This document shows, in pieces, positions 1-7,952 of a stretch of DNA of 22,675 bases. Each line of letters starts with the position of its first letter. Position 1 is the first letter of the stretch. A program made the translations under genes and the position numbers. The notes under the pieces are model-generated. The model did not search any database. It was not told the DNA's origin and saw nothing but the letters and a program-made list of their open reading frames with translations. The DNA lies in NCBI GenBank assembly GCA_016202915.1, contig JACQNT010000049.1:1-22675 (forward strand), read 5' to 3'. This DNA is from Acidobacteriota bacterium (GTDB taxonomy: Bacteria; Acidobacteriota; Polarisedimenticolia; Gp22-AA2).

Positions 1-675
1 AGGGGGGAGTCGCACTACAAGGGCGGCGACTACGCCTCGGCGTCGCGCTACTTGGCGGCCGAGGTGGACCTGCATCCCGAGCGCTTCTACCCGTCCTACC
101 TGCTCGGCCTGGCGCTCTGGAAGGAGGGGCGGCTCGAGGATTCGATTGCCGCGCTGCATCGCGCCGCCCTGATCGACCCCGCCTCGGTGAAGGCCCAGGT
201 GAACCTAGGTCGCGTCCTCAACGACGCCGGACGCTTCGAGGAGGCGCTCGCCGCCGCGACGGAGGCGAGCGCGCTCGACCCGGAGGACTCGGCCGCGCTC
301 AACGTAAAGGGACGCGCCCTGCTCACCGGCGGCCGTCGCGAGGAGGCGATCGCCTCGTTCCGATCCGCGGTCGAGAAGGATCCGGGCAACGCCTACGCCC
401 TCAACAACCTGGGGTACGCGCTGATCGGCGACGGGCGTCATGCGGAGGCGGTGCCGCATCTCGAGGAGGCGGTGCGGATCCGTCCCGGTGTCGGCTACTT
501 CCACAACAACCTCGGCATGGCCTACGAGAGGACGGGCCGCAGGGAGGAGGCGAGGGAGGAGTACCGGAAGGCGGTCGAGGCCGGTGGATCCGAGGCCGCC
601 GCGAAAAACCTCGCGCGGCTCGAGGCGATTGCCGGCGCCGGGGAAACGACGGTCCGGGACGCGGCCGAGGAATGA
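1..675 (+). CDS. TPR-repeat protein, C-terminal part (5' end outside the window)
   Basis: Frame 1 is open from base 1 with no upstream stop. Repeated 34-aa TPR-like units (AYALNNLGYAL..., GYFHNNLGMAYERTGRREEAREEYRKAVE). Stop at 673-675. Confidence 0.7.
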   Translation, partial: RGESHYKGGDYASASRYLAAEVDLHPERFYPSYLLGLALWKEGRLEDSIAALHRAALIDPASVKAQVNLGRVLNDAGRFEEALAAATEASALDPEDSAALNVKGRALLTGGRREEAIASFRSAVEKDPGNAYALNNLGYALIGDGRHAEAVPHLEEAVRIRPGVGYFHNNLGMAYERTGRREEAREEYRKAVEAGGSEAAAKNLARLEAIAGAGETTVRDAAEE

Positions 676-697
676 TGGCGCGCGATCGCTCGAGCGG

Positions 698-725
698 TTG
701 CTTGACCAATCGACGCGCCTATATT
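698..725 (+). promoter_or_regulatory. Candidate sigma70-type promoter, TTGCTT-16-TATATT
   Basis: -35 TTGCTT at 698-703 and -10 TATATT at 720-725, read directly. Sits upstream of the small membrane ORF. Confidence 0.3.
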
Positions 726-813
726 AGCCTTGCCCGGCGTTTCCGAAGGGACCTGGTCGGGGGTGGCGGCAAACGCCATCCCCGTTGTCGCGCAATCGAG
801 GGATGACTCGTTT

Positions 814-987
814 ATGGACATGTTCGTTCTCTTCTTCGTCATTTTTCTCTGTGTGCTGTTCGGTCTCGGGGTCAGCGCGCTGGCCCTGTCCCTGCTCTTC
901 AGGCTCATGGTGAAGATGTCGGGGACCCGCGGCGCCCGCGTTGCGGTCGCCGCGGCGAGCGCCTCCTCCCAGACCCCTCCGGGCTAG
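814..987 (+). CDS. Small hypothetical membrane peptide (~57 aa; a TTG at 730 would give 85 aa)
   Basis: ATG at 814 preceded by GAGGGA at 797-802. One strongly hydrophobic helix (FVLFFVIFLCVLFGLGVSALALSLLF) followed by a basic tail. GC-rich third codon positions fit the host coding bias. Confidence 0.4.
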   Translation: MDMFVLFFVIFLCVLFGLGVSALALSLLFRLMVKMSGTRGARVAVAAASASSQTPPG

Positions 988-1076
988 GAGCCTGTCCGGA
1001 CGTTTCCCGAACACAGGATTGACCGTCTCGTGGGTTCGGCCGCCCGCCCGGCCCGCCGTCCGCCGGCCGTCCAGGG

Positions 1077-2504
1077 CTACCGGCCGGTCGAGACCGTGGC
1101 GAGGGGCGCCGGCCGCTGCGTGCCGTTCAGCAGCACGTAGAACAGGTTGTCCTGGAAGCCGCGGTTGGCCGGAAGCAGCCCGTGCGACTCGCAGAAGAAA
1201 AAGGTCGAGGCGAAGTCGGTCCGGCCGCCCGTCGCCGCGGGCGCGCCAGCCGGGCCGTCCACGTCGATCGCCAGCAGCGACCGGGCCGTCACGCTCCCGT
1301 CGCCGGGCGAGAACATCAGGGCCTCGATCGGCCCGGGGCCGCGGTCGGGCGAGGCCCTGGCTTCGAACAGCGTCACCGGCCCCTCGGGGGTCTGCTTCAG
1401 GATCACCCGGTCGAGGGTCGGGACGCAGTCGGAGCCGAACAGATGGATCGGGACCGGCGAAGCGCGCCCCGCGTCCCGGTCCAGGGCGCCCCGGAAGGCG
1501 CGCGCGCGGTCCAGGGCGGCCTGCAGGAAGCGCTGCATGCGCGCCGGGTCCCCGGGCTCCGTCCGGGACCTGGGGTCGAAGACCGACCAGCGGTTCCTCA
1601 CCCAGGCCGCGGCGTCGTAAAGATCGGCCTCGAGGGGCCGGCCCTCCGGATCGATGAACCGCCGGCCGCCCGTGGGCAGGAGCTGGTAGATGGAGGGCAT
1701 GGTGAACAGCGCCTGCCGCGCCAGGGCCCGGGAGAACCCGGTGTGCAGGATCTTGAAGGCGGACATCGCGCCCCGGCGCGGCGTGCCGATCAGGACGATC
1801 CTGCCGAGGTCGGCCGCGCCGGCGTACGTGACCGGATGCTCCTTCCCGTCGCCGGTCACGTCCCTGCCGCCGTACTTCATGTAGTAGTCCGCCACCAGCC
1901 CGCCCATGCTGTGCGCCACGATGTCGAAGCGCAGGGCCGGGTTCTTGAAGCGTGACTTGATCCGCTCGATGGCGCGCCCCAGGCCGATGGCCGCCTCGAT
2001 GTTGTCGCGGCGCCAGTCGTAGTAATAGACGAAGCAGGTGTCCCCCGGCCGCGGGTCGTTGATGTCGCCGATCCGGTAGCGGCCCACCTCGCGCAGCGCC
2101 TCCAGGATCGCGCCGTAGAACTTCACCCCGACGAACGTCTCGTAGATGTCGTAGGGGACCAGGTTGTCCCGGTTCTCCTGGATCGGCAGGCGATCGATCG
2201 GCAGGCTCAGATCGTCGAGCCGGTCGCGCTTGAGGAGGCTGAGCAGGCGTCCCCAGACCGATTCGTTGGTGTGGCGGTTGCGCAGCTTCGATCCCAGGAA
2301 GCCCGGGATCACGATGACCGGGTTGCGGGGCATGGCGGCCGATTCCTGGTGGATGCGGGCCATGTCGTACCGGCCGAACACCGCGCACTGCAGGACCGAT
2401 GCGGCCGCGAGCAGCGCCGCGAGCAGGAGGCCCAGGCCGACCCGCGGCGAGGGCGCCGGGCGGCCGGTGGGTGGCGCCGGGCTTCCGGGTGAGGCAGTGG
2501 CCAT
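1077..2504 (-). CDS. Secreted alpha/beta-hydrolase, LCAT/PGAP1-like lipase/acyltransferase family
   Basis: ATG at 2504 (the track ORF starts at an upstream TTG). GGGGAG RBS. N-terminal signal peptide (VGLGLLLAALLAAASV). PGFLGS motif and nucleophile elbow AHSMGG (GxSxG). Roughly 150-aa C-terminal extension. Confidence 0.8.
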   Translation of the reverse strand: MATASPGSPAPPTGRPAPSPRVGLGLLLAALLAAASVLQCAVFGRYDMARIHQESAAMPRNPVIVIPGFLGSKLRNRHTNESVWGRLLSLLKRDRLDDLSLPIDRLPIQENRDNLVPYDIYETFVGVKFYGAILEALREVGRYRIGDINDPRPGDTCFVYYYDWRRDNIEAAIGLGRAIERIKSRFKNPALRFDIVAHSMGGLVADYYMKYGGRDVTGDGKEHPVTYAGAADLGRIVLIGTPRRGAMSAFKILHTGFSRALARQALFTMPSIYQLLPTGGRRFIDPEGRPLEADLYDAAAWVRNRWSVFDPRSRTEPGDPARMQRFLQAALDRARAFRGALDRDAGRASPVPIHLFGSDCVPTLDRVILKQTPEGPVTLFEARASPDRGPGPIEALMFSPGDGSVTARSLLAIDVDGPAGAPAATGGRTDFASTFFFCESHGLLPANRGFQDNLFYVLLNGTQRPAPLATVSTGR

Positions 2505-2571
2505 CGTGTCCGCTCCCCTGATGCAAGGGTGAAATCCGGCGGGACAACGGGCAGGCCGCCGCGGGGAGGCA

Positions 2572-2600
2572 AATATAGGTTTCGGCGGGGACACATTCAA
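2572..2600 (-). promoter_or_regulatory. Candidate promoter TTGAAT-17-TATATT for the lipase gene
   Basis: On the minus strand, -35 TTGAAT (plus 2595-2600) and -10 TATATT (plus 2572-2577) with a 17-nt spacer. About 60-nt leader to the ATG at 2504. Confidence 0.45.
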
Positions 2601-2660
2601 CGCGCGTGCCGGCCGGCGCGTGCGGAGACGCCGGCCCGGACGGGCCGGCCCGAGCGCGGT

Positions 2661-4763
2661 CTAGCGGGAGGGGGCGGAGCCGGCCGGTTCGAGGGGGAAC
2701 TTTCCGGAGTACCTGAGCATCTGCATGGTCAGGTCGGAGGCGTACTCGATCCGGGCGTCGATCACCTCGCCGGCAGCGTCCCGGACCGGCACCACGTCGG
2801 GCATCACGAAGGCCACGTAGGAAGGGATGCCGGCGCGCTCGGCGCGCCCGACGACCTCGTCCCGCAGGGCGGGAGCGATGCGGATGGCGAACCGCTCCAT
2901 CAGGTCCCGGGCGGCCGCGAAGTCCCCCTCCCCCTTGATCCTCTGGACCTCGGCCAGGAGGTCGGCCACACCCCGGCGCATGGCGGCGATGTCCTTCACC
3001 CGCATGTAGGTCCTGCCGTCCCGGCGGACCCGCTCCACCGCCCCGGTCACCTCGCGCAGGTGGCCGACGATCAGGTGGATCGCCCGCATGTGGTCGTCCT
3101 CGAGGACCTCCCCCTGGCGGATCCTCCGCAGCATGTAGAGATCGTCGGTCGCATAGTCCCGGTACGCCGCCTCGGCGACCTCCGCCGAGCGGACCGCGCC
3201 GATCTCGACCAGCTTCGGATCGAAGAAGTGGTGCAGGGCGATCAGCTCCGCGCGGGCCTCCTCCAGCGCGGAGTAGTGCTCCCGGAGATGGTCCCGGGGA
3301 TCTCCCTGGAGAGCGTCGCTGACCTTGCCGGAGGCGTGGCCGAGGACCTCGTGCATCGCCGTGTGCAGGAGGGCGATGTCGGCGCCGTGCGCCTCCTGGA
3401 GCGGGCGGTCCTCCGGGAGGAAGAACTCCGCCACCTTCCTGGAGCGCGCCGCCCGCTCCGCGGAGTCCATCACGTTGACGAGCGACACGCTCTTGTTGCC
3501 GTGGCGCTCCCTGATCGCCTCCTCGTTCGGCAGGTTGATGCCAACCGGGGGCATCGGGCCGCTGTCCCCGACGGCGACCAGGACGTTCACGGCGTTGGCG
3601 ATCGGGATGTTGAATTCCTTCCTCGTGTAGCGCTCGTCCCACGGGGCGCGGTCCTCGAAGTACCGGGCCAGGCCGGCGAGGTCCTTCTGGATCCGGTTCA
3701 TGCGGCGATCCACGAAATAGACCAGGCCCTCGAACGCCCCCTTCTGGCCGCGCGGGTCCTTGTACGTCTCGATGAACCCGTTGACCGTGTCGACGGGCGC
3801 GTCGTGCCGCACCCAGGCGATGTTGTAGCGCCGGAACGCCTCCGGATCGCCGCCGGCGAAGTAGTCGATGAGGCGCCCCAGGATCGCCGCCTGGGCGGGG
3901 TCCGCGAAGGCGCGGGCCTTCTCCAGGAAGCCGATCGCCGTCTGCAGCTCCGCGGCGTAGCGGCCGGGAGGGACCTCCGCGCCGGCGCCGGAGGCGCCGC
4001 CGGCCCGGCGGCCGGCCCGGTACACCTCCTCGACCACGGAGCCGCCGCGCTTCACCAGCCGGGAGTTGAGCGCGTGCCTCTCGTCGAAGCCGCGCAGATC
4101 ATCGAGGGTGACCCCGGCGTGGAAATTCACGCTGCTGCAGGTCAGGATGTCCTGCCCCGGCTGCGGCGTCTTGCAGGTCGACAGGGGCTCGAAATCGGGG
4201 TCGAAGATCGCGCGCCGCAGGCGGGCGAGCTTCGCCTGGAGCGACTCGCCGAGCGCCAGGCGGATGCGCGCCCCGTCGCGCACGGCGGCCCTGGCGGCCC
4301 CCTCGAGCTGCTCGAAGGTGAGCTCCGGGACGAACTTTCTTCGCGTCCGGTCGTTGTGGTTGCCGTTGTTGATCCAGTACAGCTTCAAGTATTGATGCAG
4401 GGCCTCGCGGACGTCCCCGGGGATCTCCCGCGGGTGGGTCAGGATCTCCTCCAGGAGATCGCGCACCTCCAGGCCGTCCCGCCCCATCTGGTCGTAGAAG
4501 ATGTCGCGCCCGGCGATGGCCGCCCGGCAGAGGTAGTAGGCGAGCGCCCTCTCGCGGGGCGACAGGTCCTCGAAGCCGTCGGCGTACAGGCGCGCCACGG
4601 CGAACTCCCCGACCGTCTCGAGGAGATACAGGCGGGTATCAGGCTCTGTGGCGGATCGGTCCATGGTCCTGGTGCCGGTGTCCGGGCAGGCGACCGTGAC
4701 AAGAGCCGTGGCCAGGCTGCATGCCAGGATGCGCGCCCCCGGCGTGGAGTCGTGCCGTTTCAT
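2661..4763 (-). CDS. Dipeptidyl-peptidase III (M49 family zinc metallopeptidase)
   Basis: 700 aa with ATG at 4763. The two M49 signature motifs HEVLGH (HExxGH) and EEARAE (EExRAE) are present. N-terminal hydrophobic signal, possibly a lipoprotein (ACS/VAC). Confidence 0.85.
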   Translation of the reverse strand: MKRHDSTPGARILACSLATALVTVACPDTGTRTMDRSATEPDTRLYLLETVGEFAVARLYADGFEDLSPRERALAYYLCRAAIAGRDIFYDQMGRDGLEVRDLLEEILTHPREIPGDVREALHQYLKLYWINNGNHNDRTRRKFVPELTFEQLEGAARAAVRDGARIRLALGESLQAKLARLRRAIFDPDFEPLSTCKTPQPGQDILTCSSVNFHAGVTLDDLRGFDERHALNSRLVKRGGSVVEEVYRAGRRAGGASGAGAEVPPGRYAAELQTAIGFLEKARAFADPAQAAILGRLIDYFAGGDPEAFRRYNIAWVRHDAPVDTVNGFIETYKDPRGQKGAFEGLVYFVDRRMNRIQKDLAGLARYFEDRAPWDERYTRKEFNIPIANAVNVLVAVGDSGPMPPVGINLPNEEAIRERHGNKSVSLVNVMDSAERAARSRKVAEFFLPEDRPLQEAHGADIALLHTAMHEVLGHASGKVSDALQGDPRDHLREHYSALEEARAELIALHHFFDPKLVEIGAVRSAEVAEAAYRDYATDDLYMLRRIRQGEVLEDDHMRAIHLIVGHLREVTGAVERVRRDGRTYMRVKDIAAMRRGVADLLAEVQRIKGEGDFAAARDLMERFAIRIAPALRDEVVGRAERAGIPSYVAFVMPDVVPVRDAAGEVIDARIEYASDLTMQMLRYSGKFPLEPAGSAPSR

Positions 4764-4793
4764 CGAACCCCCGGTTGAAGCTGAGGGCGCATG

Positions 4794-4799
4794 ATTATA
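4794..4799 (-). promoter_or_regulatory. Perfect -10 hexamer TATAAT (minus strand) about 30 nt upstream of the DPP3 start
   Basis: Plus-strand attata at 4794-4799. A possible TTGCCA -35 lies inside the 3' end of the upstream protease gene, but the spacer is too long, so the -35 assignment is uncertain. Confidence 0.3.
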
Positions 4800-4830
4800 G
4801 AGGATCGGCGCGGGAGGGTGGCTGGCAAGG

Positions 4831-6345
4831 CTACAGGGCGTCCGTGGCGCTCAGGATCCCGCCCAGGTACAGTTCCCGCTTCTCTCCCGCCCGGGCGCGG
4901 AGGCGCACGCCGATGAAGAAGTCGAATTCGGAATACGCGCTCTGCAGGAGGCGCTCGAGCCCCTCGATGTCCTTGACCTGTCGCCAGCGGGCGGTGTCTC
5001 GCTCAGCCCGCTCGAGATCCTTCTTGACGAGAAGGCTCTGGAGCAGATCACCCGGCGCCACCTTTTCCGCCGCCGCCTCCGATCCGGGGAGCACCCTGGT
5101 GACCATCAGGCCCGACGAGCCGCGCGGCGCGATCTCGAACCCGCCGTAGAACCGGAGCAAATCGGCTCCCTCCAGACGGGGACGGTCCGGCCGGAGCGCC
5201 AGGGTGACCGGGACCGTGAGGCGCTCCCGGGCCCGGGCGATCTCGATGCTCCAGGCCTCGTCCGGCCTGGCGCCGAGGAGCCTGGCGTGGACCCGGGCGG
5301 TCGAGAGATCCTCGTCCCCCTGGATCTTCAGCAGGCCGTCGCCGCGGCGCAGGCCGGCCCGGGCGGCGGGGCTCCCCGGGAACACGTTCTCGATAACCCG
5401 GCGCACCTCGGATGGCAGGGAGTACGTGGAGCGGGTCTCCGGATCGGCGGCGATGGTGTGGATGCCGATCCAGGGACGCCCTGGCCGCCCGGCGCGGATC
5501 CAGGCCAGGGCCCTCTCGATCCATTCGAGCGGAATGGACCAGCGGACGCCGATGTCCGGTCCCATGATCATGTGGCGGCCGACCGGCAGGGCCGTGCTCA
5601 TGCCGACCAGTTTCCCCGCGTCGTCGATCATCGGCCCTCCCGCGAACCCCGCGGGCAGTGAGGCATCGGTCTGGATGTAGTCCTCGATCGGATGAATCCT
5701 CTGGCCTCCGCGGTGCAGGCCGCTGACTACGCCCGCCGACGAGGACAGCTCATGCGCCGCCAACCCGCCGGAAGGGAAGCCCAGGGCGTTCAGCGACTCT
5801 CCCAGTCGCAGGGGGCCCCTGCGCCGCTCCAGCGGCGGCACCTGCTTGAGGTCGGCCTCAAGGAGCGCCACGCCGATGAGCGGGTCCATGCCGATCACCC
5901 GCGCCGGGACGCCGCGGCCGTCCAGGGAGCGCAGGGACACCTCCCTGGCGCCGTTCAGCAAGCCGGCGTCGCTGACGAATTCGCCCGGGGCGATGGCGAA
6001 GGCGCTCCCGAGGATCGACCCGACCTCGACCGACTCGCCGTAAACGATGGCCCCGAAGGCCGAGGTCAACTGCTTGTCGTGCACCGCCGTCAGCTGCACG
6101 ACCGACCGCCGGGCACCCGGACGGTCTGCCGCCTGGACGGCCGGCCCGGCCGGCGCGGCGCCGACCTTGCGGCCGCAGCGGGTGCAGAAGGCGGCACCAG
6201 GCTCAGTGGGGGCGCCGCAGGCCGGGCAGCGATCGTGGGAAGCCACGGGGGGCTCGGCGGTTGCGGGGGGTTCGGCTGCGACGGGAGCGGCCAGCCACGC
6301 CGCCAGCACCAGGAGGAGAGCGAGGGAGCGTCGTCGCGTCATCAT
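4831..6345 (-). CDS. HtrA/DegP-like pseudo-protease with N-terminal C4 zinc-ribbon and PDZ domain (triad His->Gly, Asp->Gly, Ser->Ala)
   Basis: 504 aa. Signal peptide MMTRRRSLALLLVLAAWLAAPVAA. Zinc-ribbon CPACG-x10-CTRCG. Trypsin-fold core aligns with the upstream active paralog, but the triad positions read SDAGL (His lost), GVALL (Asp lost) and GFAGGP (Ser lost). PDZ-like C-terminal region. ATGA start/stop overlap with the upstream gene at 6345. Confidence 0.85.
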   Translation of the reverse strand: MMTRRRSLALLLVLAAWLAAPVAAEPPATAEPPVASHDRCPACGAPTEPGAAFCTRCGRKVGAAPAGPAVQAADRPGARRSVVQLTAVHDKQLTSAFGAIVYGESVEVGSILGSAFAIAPGEFVSDAGLLNGAREVSLRSLDGRGVPARVIGMDPLIGVALLEADLKQVPPLERRRGPLRLGESLNALGFPSGGLAAHELSSSAGVVSGLHRGGQRIHPIEDYIQTDASLPAGFAGGPMIDDAGKLVGMSTALPVGRHMIMGPDIGVRWSIPLEWIERALAWIRAGRPGRPWIGIHTIAADPETRSTYSLPSEVRRVIENVFPGSPAARAGLRRGDGLLKIQGDEDLSTARVHARLLGARPDEAWSIEIARARERLTVPVTLALRPDRPRLEGADLLRFYGGFEIAPRGSSGLMVTRVLPGSEAAAEKVAPGDLLQSLLVKKDLERAERDTARWRQVKDIEGLERLLQSAYSEFDFFIGVRLRARAGEKRELYLGGILSATDAL

Positions 6346-7952
6346 CAGTAGACCGGCGGGGCAAGAAGGTCGGGAAGGAGGCTGAAGTAGGTGCGCCGTT
6401 CGGGTTTGCCGTCCTCGGTACGGACCTCCAGGGGCACGATGTAGGCGGAGCTCGCCACCGTGCCCTTCTGACCGTCCATCTCCCCGAAGATGTGGCCGTT
6501 CTCCGAGCGGATGATGTCCCGGAAGGTGTCGAAGCGGCGAACGTGCCTGCTGTAAACCCGCACGATGGTGTCGCCGTTCTTGTATCCCGCCTCGGCGCCC
6601 CGCCCCCCGGGGACCAGATCCTTGATCAGGAGGCCGTGCCGCGAGGTCGGCCCGGTCGTCACCTCGACGAGGTTGGCCTGCAGGGCCTCCCTGATTTCAT
6701 CGACCGGGTCGAGCAGAATGCGGTCCGGGCGCGTGCCGGGCGCGACCGCGGCGTCCGTCTCCTGTCCGGCACGCAGGAGTGTGAGCCCCAGGGGCGGGCT
6801 GCCAGGCGAGGCGGCGAGCAGGCGTGCCCCGGCCTCGGCCACCGTCGCCACCTTCTGTCCCCGCACCGCGAGGATGATGTCGCCGGGACGCACACCGGAT
6901 GACTCGGCGGGCGAGCCGGGAACGACGTACGCGACCAGCGGCTGCGTGACGGCCGGTTCGAGACCGAACCGGGCGCGCTGGCGATCATCCGGCGCCACCA
7001 ACCCCATGCCGAAATAGACCCTCTGGGGACGGGTCTTGTGGGACATGATCTCGACCATCGGGCCGACATCGCCGGCCGGCACGGCGTAGGCCAGGCTGGG
7101 GCTGGGTCCGCCGAGCAGGGTCCCTGCCAGGCCGCCGCGCAGATCGATGAGCGGGCCGCCGGTGCATCCTCCCGGCAGGGTGTGATCGGTCCGCAGGAGG
7201 TTCTCGAAGGCGACGAGGCTGGTGCCGGACTGTCCCGTCGCCGTGATCCGGCCGCGGTGCAGCGACTGCGGAAGGTAGTGGACGAGATCCTCCTCCATCG
7301 CGACGGGGTAGCAGATCGCCCAGGCTCCTTCACCCGTCGCGGGTTCGGATTCGGCCGGCTGCAGGGGCGCCGACCCCTGGAGATCGGCCCGCAGCAGGCC
7401 GATGCCGGAGGGGATGTCATAGCCCAGGATCTCGGCGGCGACGAGCCGGTTGTTGTAGGTGCGGACCTGCGGCGCGCTCGCCCGCTCGAGTACGCGGGCG
7501 GAGGTGACGAAGAGGCCCGGGCCGCCGTAGGAGAAGGCGGTCGCGAAGGCCTTGTGCCTGCCCGGCTTGAAGTCCATCAGGCGGTACCGGGTGATGAGCC
7601 TCTGCAGATCCGTCGGCAGGAGTTCCTTCGGATTGAGATCGTCCTTGACCACCACGAGCCCGACGACTGAGCGGCTGATCGCTTCCAGGCGACGGGCGGC
7701 CTCCGGCCCGGTCAGAGTGCGGAGGTCCCAGCCGCAGCTGGCGCAGTGGCGCCAGGCGCCGTCGCACCGGTAGCCGCACCGGGGGCAAATCCTCTGCGCG
7801 GTCGCCGGCCGGGCGGCGCCCTCGGGCGGGAGGGCAGGAGGCGCCGGACCCGCCGGCACCGGCAGCCCGGCCAGCGCGCCCGCCACGACGCCGGCGCTGA
7901 GCAGCGCCATCAACCACAGGAGAGTCTCAGAGGACGATCGCCCAGGACTCAT
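6345..7952 (-). CDS. HtrA/DegP-like pseudo-protease with N-terminal zinc-ribbon and PDZ domain (triad His->Arg, Asp->Gly, Ser->Thr)
   Basis: 535 aa. Hydrophobic N-terminus, zinc-ribbon CPRCGYRCDGAWRHCASCG. TSARV where TNAHV is expected, GIGLL where DLALL is expected, and GCTGGP where GNSGGP is expected. Two PDZ-like segments. The start at 7952 overlaps the stop of the upstream gene by 26 nt; an alternative ATG lies at 7910. Confidence 0.85.
   Translation of the reverse strand: MSPGRSSSETLLWLMALLSAGVVAGALAGLPVPAGPAPPALPPEGAARPATAQRICPRCGYRCDGAWRHCASCGWDLRTLTGPEAARRLEAISRSVVGLVVVKDDLNPKELLPTDLQRLITRYRLMDFKPGRHKAFATAFSYGGPGLFVTSARVLERASAPQVRTYNNRLVAAEILGYDIPSGIGLLRADLQGSAPLQPAESEPATGEGAWAICYPVAMEEDLVHYLPQSLHRGRITATGQSGTSLVAFENLLRTDHTLPGGCTGGPLIDLRGGLAGTLLGGPSPSLAYAVPAGDVGPMVEIMSHKTRPQRVYFGMGLVAPDDRQRARFGLEPAVTQPLVAYVVPGSPAESSGVRPGDIILAVRGQKVATVAEAGARLLAASPGSPPLGLTLLRAGQETDAAVAPGTRPDRILLDPVDEIREALQANLVEVTTGPTSRHGLLIKDLVPGGRGAEAGYKNGDTIVRVYSRHVRRFDTFRDIIRSENGHIFGEMDGQKGTVASSAYIVPLEVRTEDGKPERRTYFSLLPDLLAPPVY

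Noticed and set aside
730-813. TTG start at 730 for the small membrane ORF (85 aa).
   Set aside because: The putative -10 at 720-725 would put the TSS at or after 730, and there is no RBS. The ATG at 814 with an upstream GAGGGA is more plausible.
1160-1185. ggccggaagcagcc resembling part of the SRP-RNA domain IV motif; similar check at 14900-14960.
   Set aside because: It lies inside the lipase coding sequence and lacks the full conserved GGAAGGAAGCAGC helix-8 context and flanking helix. It looks like a chance match.
724-3642. Very long ORFs antisense to real genes: 724-3642(-) 972 aa, 2529-4778(+) 749 aa, 14962-16968(+) 668 aa and 17888-20620(-) 910 aa.
   Set aside because: They are Arg/Gly/Pro/Ala-rich low-complexity translations typical of stop-codon-poor antisense frames in ~70% GC DNA. 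Each overlaps a gene with clear family signatures on the other strand.
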